Shown here piece after piece: positions 21,674 to 33,600 of a DNA stretch of 64,000 bases (positions are counted from its first letter, which is position 1; each line of letters begins with the position of its first letter). The stretch lies in assembly GCA_965153285.1 (NCBI GenBank), contig OZ229111.1. One strand, written 5' to 3'. Made by a program: the position numbers and the translations under genes. Origin of the DNA: Podarcis tiliguerta (taxonomy: Eukaryota). The notes beneath the pieces are model-generated. The model saw only the letters and a program-made list of their open reading frames with translations, had not been told where the DNA came from and searched no databases.

Positions 21674-24600
21674 GTACAGTAGCATCTTAGAGACCAACTA
21701 AGTTTGTTCTGGGTATAAGCTTTCGTGTGCAAGAAGTGTGCATGCACACGAAAGCTTATACCAAGAACAAACTTAGTTGGTCTCTAAGGAAAAACATTTG
21801 ATAGAAATATAGCCTTAGAGGCATTGGCTGAAATTCTGTGTACACTTGGGAGTAAGTCCCATTGAATTCACTGGAGTCAACTTTCAAGTAAACCTATTAA
21901 GTGATTTATGAGATGATCTTATCAAAACTGATTTATTAATCTCCATATTTGTGCTGTTTAAGTACTACGATATAGTATTAGCTATATGGACAACAGCATA
22001 GGCTGAAGTCATATGATTTAGCCGCCTTACGGAAGCTAGCTCTGATCAGTGTCTGGATGGGCGGCCTCCTGGGAACCTCATGCAAACAGCTTTGAGTACT
22101 ATGGAAGGAAGACAGGCTGTAAATGAAATAAATAAATGAAACAGGGCTGCCTAAGTTCATCTTGCCTCACTTGTAGAAGTAAAATTGGTATATTGGAGGT
22201 AATACCTGGTTGTTCCTTGCTGACTTGGCTTTTTACTCATTCTCATAGGGATAGTGAACAGCAAACTCCTGAATGATTATCTGCATCGCATCTTTCCCAT
22301 TGCTGATGGAACTCAGCCTACTGCTGCATATAGGTACTGGACTTCTGATTCACTGAAGAGCAAGTTGTATTGTGGTGTTACTTTAATGGTACTGCTTAGG
22401 AACACAGCTGAATGTTGACCCTAGATGAGACAAAAGTTTCATTTTACTGCTGAAGTGTTTATGTGGTATAATGCTGATGGGCCTTTCAGACAGTAGAACT
22501 TGCATGCCTTAGTTTTGAAGGTGTGTATGAGAGGCCAAGGGTGTGGCAATTACTGATCTAAATTATAATTTCTGTAAATCTCGCTAAATGGCACTTACAA
22601 ATGGCAAATAATGATGAAAGCTGAATGCCTTTAAACATCTGTACACTATTTAAGAAATATTTAAGGCTGTAGTTGTAACTTCACTTACCTGGGAGTAAGT
22701 CTTATTGAATTCAATTTGACTTCCTTCTGAGTAGACATGGTTAGGATCACACTGTTAGATTATTATTAAATACTTAAAAATGACTGACACAGGTCCACTA
22801 TTAATTTAAATGAATGTGTCTCAATATGTTATGTTTATATTATGAAAACTAGTTTCAAGTACTTCTCATGTGAAATGATGTTAGCTTTCTTTGATTATTT
22901 TTTCATTTCTTTTGTGTGATTGTGATTTAAAAATTCCTTTACACTTGTTCCTTGCCAGTTATGTATAATCCTCCTGAATCGACTAGAAAATCACAAAACA
23001 AGGCCTTTAGCAAAGTCCTCTAATTTCATTTTCTTGTACACATTGGAATCCACGTATTGAGACCTCTCATGTGAATGTTGCTCTGGAAGAACGCCTGTTG
23101 TATGTTTGTATTTAAAGATCTGCTGGGGTCAAATTCCGCCCACTATATACTTAGCTTCTGAACTCACAACTGAGTTGTCAGTGCTACTAAAAATAACCTT
23201 CATCCCTTTTTCCTTCTGATGAGTAGCAGTTACCAGGAGGAGGAGAAGGAGGAATAGAGTTGTTTCTTGTTGTTTGCCACAGCTTTCCCAGTGTATAGTT
23301 GGAATGCTCCAATTCATCATTCTACCATGTTTTTGGGGTTGGTGTCAAAACTTTCAGCATTAAGTTCCTTTGGTTTATTCTTTAAAAGCTGGAAAAAGGA
23401 GCTTAGATTAATTCATAGCTCCTGTTGGATTTTGGGGTTCTGCTGCATAGGCCTCAACGCATTGTGATCCACCAACCTAATACAGCCCACCAACCACATG
23501 TGGCAGCCAACAGCAGCTCTCTTTTTTCTGTCTGCCTGGAACTTTAAAAACATAGCAGTGTTATGAAGCTGAAAGGACACAGGACCTGGCTGGTGGGTTT
23601 TATTCATCTTAGTCACAAATTGTGCATGTCTGCTTCACTACAGCAGTCCAATAGGAAGCCATAAAGAATCTTGGCAGTTGGGATTTGAATACTCTATAGC
23701 ATTGTGTTCAAAATTCACACTAGAAGGAAAGAGTTGCAAAATAATGAATTTGTTCATGTTGTTGAGCACCAGAGTGTGTCTCTTAGAATCCATGACGTCA
23801 TTTTCTCTATAGAAGCTATTTTTATTTGTCTAAGATTTTAGTTTCTGGTCCTTTCAAGTAGTTGTGTCCCTGGGCTATTTAATCTATTAAACATACCATG
23901 TAGCTTTATTAAATCAATAGTTTATGGAGGATCGTGCTGAAGTAGTGAAGAAACTCTGGTTAACAATTCATGTGAGTCTCTCCATGGGGAATTATATAAA
24001 AACTGTTGAAGGATACTTCACTTTATTCCTAGAAAGCACCTCTCCTTTCAAAACCTACAAGAACACGTAGAACAATTGCTGGCAGAAGATGCTGTCTCAG
24101 AAGATGGTCAAGGTAAATATATACAACATCTGCCATAAGTGCCAGCTCCAAGGGGCCGAGGGATTTTGTGCCCCCCATTGTTTGTTTGTTTTTTGAGGGG
24201 GCCGGGCCCCCAATGTTCAGCAGGAGGAGGAGGGCGAACACAGAGCCAGGCGCAGTGCAGCTTCACTGGCCTGTGGCTCCTCCTCCTCTTCCTCCTGCCG
24301 TATGGGGAAGGGACGGGGGAAGCAGCCTATACTGGAGCCAAGCGTGGCATAACTCAGTGGTCATTGGTTGCTGCTGCTGCTGCTACCGCCACTAGCTGTG
24401 AGCAGCTTCCCCCATCTTTACCTTGCATGGCAGAGGGAAGGGGAGGACAGAGGCTGTGCTGCCACCATGTTTGGCTCCATTCCCTGGCTCCTTGTGACCT
24501 TGCATGTGTGATGTCATGACATTGCACTGGGGCCCCTCAATCTTTTTCAGAAGCTGGTGCCTCTGGTGTCTGCTCATTTTGCAATTGCCTTAAGAGAAAG

Positions 24601-27600
24601 CAGAATAGCATATTATGGGGACTTTCCACCTAAACCTAGTTCCCTTCCTGGTGGTCTTTCTTTCTTTAAAAATGTATTTTTATTAAGTTTTATCAGATAA
24701 ACATAATATCTATTTTGGGAAAAGAAATGGCCAACTACACAGAAGGTTTGCAGTATATCAGCCTGTTTGATGTTCAGAGCAGTATTCATTGAAACAGTTT
24801 GATTCATCCAAGCACAGTTCTCCATAGAGTCCCATGTGTGGAGGGTAGGTGACATGGGTCTTACAACGATAACACATATTCAGTATTTTTTCTATTTAAT
24901 GTGTGTCATTGTCGAAAGACACATGTCACCTACCCTCCACACATGGGATTCTATGGAGAACTGTGCTTGGATGTATGAAATGTCTCTATCTTTGAGGAAC
25001 GTCCTCTGTGTTCAGGAGAAGAAAAATAACCATATAATATCCTAACTGATGCTTGTGCCTCTTTCTTTTGCCATAAAACTGAACATAGAGTTGCCTTGTC
25101 TCAATTACTGTATCTCTTATGTTGTTGCTTCGCAAATATTTCTCATTGTCATTCCTTCAACTTTCATTTCAGATCAGGGGGTAGAGGGCAGGCTTGGCCC
25201 TTCTACTGTGGTGTTGGATCATACCAGTGGTTTTGAAGGGCTCCTGTTGGTGGATGATGACCTACTTGGGGTGAGTGTGAGGTAAACGCTGTGAATGGGC
25301 TGACTTGTCACTGGGGACTCTAGGTCGCTCTTTAAAGTCTGTGCTGGTGTTTTCTCACTTCATTTTTTGGTCTCTGTATGTCCTCACTCTCCTTTTGCTT
25401 TTGGGCTTAGGTGACACGGGTTCCCTGCTAATATTGTCTAATAAGCTGAGTGTGCATTTCCTATCTCCTGCCACTCCTCTTTCTGGAGCGAATCCCCTTC
25501 CTCACCATTAAGCAGCTTGTCAGCAGTTATGTCAACTGTGATGAAGGTTAACTAAGGTTACCATTTAGCTATAATCTGAGACTGCAGTTTGAGATTCTAA
25601 TTTAAGGCAAACATTAATTGCTAATGTTGCTGACAAACTATTTAACTGAGGTTAATGGGAAAATTTTGTCTACGGAGTGAAGGTGATATGTGGAGAGACT
25701 GCATGTTTAAGAAAATATTTCCTATTTATTAATTGTGGTCAACATAGAGCCACTATCACGCTGCCATTGGTTTGATGTTAATAGAAAATGTGTTTTATGC
25801 TAGAGTTGCTGATAGGGTCTCTCCCTTTTGATAACACTTGTCAGGTCTTCATTATAACCTTTCCCTTTGGTTGCTGTTATAGCATGGTTCTTCTTAAGTT
25901 TTGAGTTCAGATGGTTCCTTGGTTCTTGGGAGAGCTGCTGGTGGTTCCCAGATTCAGGAATTAGGTACACAACTTTTGTGGATGGAGTTGCATTCTCCTT
26001 TAAGGATCGAATATGTAGTTTAGGGGTACTTCTTGATACCCAGGTGGCCACAGTGGTGTGGAGTGCCTTATTGCTGCTCCATCTGGTTCTCTAGCTGCTC
26101 TGTGTAGGACACAGTTCTATGAGCACAGTTGTAATGCAGAATGAGGCTGTGGACATTTTGAAGCGCTATACTGCCTGTGAATCATATAGCACCAAATTTG
26201 AAGCATTTGCACTGGCTGTCTATGTGTCACTGAGCCCAATTCTAGATGTTGACTGATATATAAAGCCCTGAACAGCTAGGAACTCAGCTATCTGAAACAG
26301 CACCTGTCCCTGTACTGTTCTGCCTGTGAGTTGAGATGTGCTGGAGACACATTGTTAGTTGTGTGCTATCACCAACTGAACTCTAGTTGCCCAGGACTCA
26401 GAATAGGATCTTCTCCCTGGTGGCATCCTGGTGGAGGAACTTTCTCCCCTCTGGAATCAGGTAGGCATCAAATCAGGTTTTTGATGTTGGGTAAATATGT
26501 TTCTCTTTTGTCAATCCTATAAGGCACAGCACAAATCTGTATGTTTTACACTGCTGTCAGATAAAGTGACTTGTATACTGAATTTTAAATGAGGCATGAT
26601 ACAGCAATGTACATGTTTTGGGATAGTTTTATATAACTTGATCTGTTATAAGCAGCCCTTATAGCATGCAGTGAAGGTTGGCATGTACATGTTATAAACA
26701 AATAAATAAAATGTTCTGATAAGCCCACCTATGCTTTTAAATCTGAAATGTCTTACTTCTCTGTAGTTTGCATTGCACAACTCACTCTTTTATTATGCCT
26801 CTATGTATCTTGCTGCCCACCTGTTAACACTCAGCTTAAGTGTTCAGTTTTAAACACTGCCTACATATTCTTTGTTGTCCTCTATTGGTCTTTAAAGGTT
26901 TGTTTCTGAGAATTGCTGTCTTCCTTCTCCCCCTCTGCTTCAACCCCCACTAGAGAATTAATTTCTACTTGTCTATGTTCTACTGTTGATATGTTTGTGT
27001 ACTGGGTTAATAGAGGTTTGCTTTGAATATTTTTTCTTGTCAACATGTCTCACTGGGTTCCAGTTCTCAGCTGAGACAGGAAGGATAGAACCAGCTTTGC
27101 CCTGAACTTACCAGTGGCTGTTGTTATGCACTACCTAGCTACCAATCCTATGGCTGAGTGCCTATGGCTGCCTAACAATATAGGAAGTGCCTTTAGTGCT
27201 GTTGGCGCTGCTGTCAGTTTTTATAGTCATTATGTACTGAAACAGTGTGTTGTCCCATCTGTGATCACTCCTTGATCATTCCTTTTGGCACTCTCTTTCT
27301 TGGTCTTGCTGCTTCTGACAAATCTTTGGACACACTCTCCTGCAGCCCATCTGGTTCCTGCAGTTGGCCTGCCCCAGGCTTTTATTCCATGCTGATCCCC
27401 TCCACAACTTGACCAAGCAGCTCATTGGGCCAGTAATGGGGTCAGCACAGGTTGTGACTTCTTCAAAGCCAGTTTTCTGTTTTGGGCACTGGGTGTTTTG
27501 TCTAGGAGAAATGGAATCAGGAAGCCATTATGTGGGCATGCTTGTTGTTAGATCTGTGTTTGGTGTAATTGCAGACCTGATTTTTGCGTGCGCCCAATCC

Positions 27601-30600
27601 TGGTGTAAAATGAGAGCAACCTATTGTGGAAGTTCTATGATTTGATTAATTGAAAGTGACCTAATACTTTCTTTAACTGATTTACTTACCCCGCCGCCAA
27701 CACACACACATTTGTGAGATGTAATGAAACCCTTGATAATGGAAAACACACAATCATGGTGTGTGACTGTCTTCCTCCTTTGTTTCCCAATTCAGGTAAT
27801 TGGACATAGTAACTTTGGCTCTATCAGGGCTACTACCTGTGTGTATAAAGGTAAGGACTAGAAAAAATATGCACTAACCCATGGTACTGGTCCAAGTGGC
27901 ATAATGTGTGCTGCTAGTGAACAGCAACTTGAGATGAGAATTTATTAACAACGAGATTTAAACAAATTCCTGACTTTAATTTTGGGGCCGCATTCGTTTT
28001 AGGTTTTTGCAGAAAATGTCAGACACTGGACATGCCACCCAGACAGCTTTTTGTTGTAGGGTAGTGTGATACTAAACAAATCAATCAGGGGTTTTGGAAA
28101 AATGAATTTATCCTTTTGAACTCTTCTGGCTGCCAAACCTTCGGACTATTCTAGTTTTATATGTTAATAGCATTTAACAGAGAATTTTTCATTTGACACA
28201 TTTGCTGCTATATTTTCTTTTAGGAAAATGGATCTATGAGGTGCTGATTTCATCCCAAGGCCTTATGCAAATTGGTTGGTGCACTCTCAATTGCCGATTC
28301 AATCAAGAGGTAATGCAAGAGCATATTTATTTATTTATTTTCTTACTTATTGTATTAATGTAAATACAATCACTCTTTACCTGAAGTTCCAAGGCTGGAA
28401 ATCCCAGAAATTACCTGTGGCCCCTTGTTAGACTACTATGCCCATCATCCCATGTTAGCTAGGTCTGATGGGAACTGAAATCTTGACAATATTTATATAA
28501 TTTGGTTCTTTGGAATAGGGAACCTGTAATTCCTTTTCATAACTCGTGTTCTACTTAAGTTGGATATAGTAGTGGACCTAATTACTAGTATATATACTTA
28601 CCAGAAATGGGCATGGATGCTTGGTATATTACAAGGTGTGACTGGAAAGTAGGGTGAATCACTCCTGTATGCGATAATAGGAACTGCCGGATTCACAGAG
28701 ACACGTGGGAGACGTTGGTCCGTATCTCAGGTAACATATACGCACATGTCTCGGCATTTGTTGACAGGCCTACGTTGATGCGGTAGCGTTTAGTAGCAGT
28801 GCAATGTGATTGAAAATGGAGCAGAGAGTCAATATGAAATTCTGTTTCAAATTGGGTAAATTGGCATCAGAAACCCACAAAATGCCCACAATTGTGTACA
28901 GAGATGAAGCTGTAACTCGAAAGACAGTGTATGAGTGGTTTAAGCATTTCCATGAAGGGCGGCAAACTATCGAAGAAGACCCGCAATCTGGCAGACCGTC
29001 AACGAGCAAAGCGGCGGCAAATGTTGACAGTTCATGAGTTATTGATGTGGGATCGGCTTTTCTCCATCCGAATGATGGCGGAAGAATTGCATATTCCACA
29101 TGAAATCATTACTGAGGTTACTGAGCTGTCCTACCTTCTATAGTCTCCTATTCTGGCCCCACCGGATTTCTTTCTTTTTCCAAAACTGAAATCTGCACTG
29201 AAAGGGCACAGATTTTCCAACATTTCACACATCCAAGCTGCTGTGACGAGGGAACTAAAAGCAGTATGAAAAGAGGACTTCTCCAGAAGTTTCCAACAGT
29301 TCTACGAATGTTGTCAACAGTGCATTGTATCAGAGGGGGCCTACTTTGAAGGCCTGTATGTTTGAATATTCTCGCTGTCTGGCTTCCGTGACCGTTCACC
29401 GAACTGTCCGGTCACACCTTGTATGTTACCCATATGACTGTTTCTCTCAGGTCTGTTTCTCCCAGCCTACAAGTTTCTCAGTCCTTTTTGGTATGTCAGT
29501 GACAGTGGTTGAAAAAGGCATATTATTGGAATGCAAAATCTTAATTGTGATCTTTGGTAAAGGTTTGCTTTTGGTTTTCATGTTGCATAGGAAGGAGTTG
29601 GAGACACTCCAGATTCATATGCTTACGATGGGAATCGAGTGCGCAAATGGAATGTAACCACAACCAACTATGGTAAAGTGAGTGTCTGCCCCTAATTGTT
29701 TTCTTGCTGTACTAAGCATGTAGTCTATGTATCTCTGTGAACCCCTTCACTTGTTTGAAGAACTAGGAACACCGAAATCTGTTTTACACTGAATCAGATT
29801 ATTAGTTTATCTGTTTTGGTAATCTCAACACTGACTGTCAATAGCTCTCCAGGTTTTCATAGTCTCCAGTAGAACTGGAGACTCTTATTGGGTGGTGTAG
29901 TCAGAATTTATTTGTTATTAAACTTCATGTTTTGTATTTAATTTTATTGTGAAAAACCAATTTCTCTTCCATTGTGCATATTGGCCCACCAGCAGATCGA
30001 GTTTGGCCTGTGAGACCATTTTCTCCAATCATGTCCACCTGTCAATCAGTGACATCAGTGCAGGTTATTGCATTGTTGTGGGTACCTGTTCCTAGCAGGT
30101 TTAAACCCCTCACACAGCAGCTGATGAGCAATGGTTAAACCCTGCTCAGTTTGGCTGCGTGCATCTGTCCCTCCTAGGAACAGGTCACACAGCCAAAGGA
30201 AGCATCAGGGGAAAATTGGATTTGCTTGCCTTTGAGGTGGTATTCAATGTTTAGTTCTGTTATGCCCTTTAATGTCAGTGGTTCTGCTCTAACTTAAGTT
30301 CATGCATTTCATTGAAAGTACTTTGAGTAAGACTTAGTTGAATAGCACCCCCATTTTTTTATCCATAACCGGGAAGAAGACTGTTTTATGCAGACATTGG
30401 CTCTGATAGAGATTTCTCTCTCGTGCAGTGATGCCTGTATGATGCAGGCTTCTTTCTTCCCTGCCTCCAGTGGGGAGAGAGAGGAGAAAGCAGCACTTTG
30501 GTAGCCTTGTGCTTGGAGCTTTCCCAAGTGCCAAGCACAGTGCTGGCACCATGTCTTGTGCTGTGAGTCTCCAAGCCTGCAGACTGTTTTGAGACATAGG

Positions 30601-33600
30601 TTGGACAACCCTCCTGTCAATCATGTGATGTCACATGATACCATATGATTTGGGAGGTGGGTTGTCCCACTCACCTACCTGTCAGAGTTGGCTCATGGGA
30701 ATCTGGCCTGCGGTACCAAAAAGATCCCATCCGTGATATAGAAAATGGCCATCCTACTGAGTGTGTGCTTGCAAACACATGGCACATCTCATATCCCTTG
30801 CCTGCTGTAATATAGAACTAGAATTCTGCATGCTGCAATATGCAACAGAAGGGGGTAGAAAGTTAAAACAATGAATCAGTATGGCAGCAGAACTCTTGAC
30901 CTGTACAGTTTTTCTTGACTGAATTGGAAGCAATCTCTATATGTTTTAACAGTATCCTAGCAACATTGGTTACATACCCCAAGTCCCATCTAATTATCTT
31001 TTCTTTTTTCTGCAGTCTTGGGCAGCAGGAGATATTGTCAGCTGCTTGATAGACCTGGATGAGGGAAGCATTTCTTTCTGCCTGTAAGCACCCTTATAGA
31101 ACTATGCTAGATGTTGCTAGTCTGCTATATTCTGTCCTCTCAGCTTCTAAGTATATTCATTGAGAGTTTAAACCAAGCTCCACTAAAGGGTAAATAGTTA
31201 CTTCATTCTCAATAATCCTCTACTAAAATTGCATTCAACAAGGTCCTTTGCTTTACAGCATCTAAATTGTTTCATAAAGTTGGAGTGCATCACTTCTGAA
31301 CAGGAGTTTAGATGCTGATAGGGAATGTTTCCTGGTACAATGTTATTATGGGTGCAAGAAAGATGAATAGAGAAATAAAACTAGATCTACACAAGCAGTA
31401 ATCAACATGAGTGGTTGTTTTTAACATGACTGTGTGGAGCTGTACAACACAGAAAGCTCTATAGAGCACTTTGAGTCACTGCGTGGAATTCTTAAGCTGA
31501 ACAGGACCTTGAACAGAGCTCCAGCAATAACAATTCATATTTTTCTAAGTGTCTCTGCAAGAAGTTATTTCCTAAGATCCTCAGGCAAAGCAATGGGAGA
31601 ATTTTGCACTTGGGGTTCAGAATCTGCTTTTATTTTTATTGACTTGTCATAATACAGAAGACAAGCCGCTAAGCTGTGACTGTTTCTTCGAGTAATGTCA
31701 GATAAATAAGTCTTTTGTGCATAGAATTCTTGGCAAGGTGTGTTAAAACTTTAGGGATTTGTCTCCTTCCCCTCTTTATTTTCTTTTTCAGGAATGGTGT
31801 GTCTCTGGGGACTGCTTTTGATAACATCTCACGAGGCTCTGGCATGGCCTATTTCCCTGCTATCAGCCTGTCATTCAAGGAATCCGTTGCTTTTAACTTT
31901 GGTAGCCGGCCTCTCCGATATCCTTTGACAATAGTTTTAGCCAAACCATAGAAATATTTCCCCCGAGCAATGTTGGCATCTGAAAAGTATAATTCTCTTC
32001 TCAGGCCACAACTATGCTAAACCTTTCCAGCCATCCACTAGTTCTCAGTAACATAATAATAGTTAGGAGAAGTGCTATATAAATACTATATGCTCGACAC
32101 ACTTTATCTCAGTAAGCCTAACAATGCCCCCATAAGGCAGATGCCTACTATTCTACTATTATTTTTTATCCTTATTACAATCTGAGAGTGGCTTTGTCTA
32201 AGGCCAGTTTGTAGTTATGCTAAGATTTGGACAGGGGGCCTCTAGCTCTGTAGCTGAAGCTCTTCTTGCCAGCATGAATAAAAGTTTGAATCTCATTCTT
32301 GTCAATATGTCAGAAATGTTATACTCTCAGGAGGCAGTTTGGATCTCCAGCAGCAGATACTACCTTCTTGAATGATCATCAAGGTGATTATTGGTCAGTG
32401 TGAATAAGAAAGACGTCCTGAATGAGAAAGCAGCAATCACCCTTGAATTCCTTTACAATACATGCTGTGCTTGGTACGGATTGCTTTGCAAGGGTGGGAC
32501 AAGACCTGGAGGCATATGAAATACCAATAAATGTGGCAAGCATTCTAGAAGCTTGGTGTGGTGGATGAAAGCAAGGATTGGCAGCAGAGGAATGCCTGGG
32601 GACTTAGGATCATTCCTTGAAGGAGGGGTAGATTGCCTTCTGTGGTTTTTTCCCCTTAATAATTTCATACATATCCAGTGGAGGGATATCGGCCCTTACA
32701 GGACAAACCAGCTGCAGATCTTGCAAAAGCGCAGAAACTGTTGGGGTACCTGAAAAATGTTATTCATACTGGAATAGATGTTACGGTGAGATAATCTTTT
32801 CAATGTTATGTTTATTCAGACTTGCCTTGCCAAAAACTGTTTGCACATTGGATTGATTAGGTATGGGGCATTTAATTTCATTTTTCAAATTTTGTCGAGG
32901 GCCTTTATTACGTGCTGTTTAGCCAAAGCTCTTCAACTGACTTACAAAGAATAAAAAAATAAAAATACACCAAAAACAAAGCAGTGATAAAATTTGAGCA
33001 CAATGTAAATCTTATTAGTCTGTGCTGGGCAGATAATAAGGTTTCCCCTGGTACTAAAAGGAAGACGATGGTGCCAGGTGAAACCCCCACGGGGTGCTGC
33101 AGGAAGAATGTAGTTGGTCAAGGGAGTCGTGGACTCAAAAAGGTTGAAAACCTCTGGCCTAACTGATGCCAAATCTTGCAATCTTCAAATCCAAGGTGTA
33201 TCTCAGAATCCCAGTGGCTTCCTCAAGCTTAAGAAACACTCTTGTAGAATTAGGATCTGTTAAAAATGTGTAACCCTGAGTTATGTATTTCAGGAAGGGA
33301 AGCTGGTGGAAAAAGAGGCTTCCACGTGGCAACTCCAGGGGGAACCGACTGTTTTAATCACCCTAGCACACATTTTTAACAGTTTTGCTCCCCTTATGGT
33401 AAGTTTCCTCCAGTGTTACTTCATGTATTTCAGGATCCTCCACCACTGTTTACAGAGTTACAGATGAGAGTGAACTTCTCCTCCTCACCAGTGAATTCAA
33501 TTTTTAACAACAAATTCTCTGACTTAATAGAGGGTCACACCATTGGAATGTTTAGATCAGTTATTTACATCAGGAGTGGACAACCAGTGGTCCATGATGC

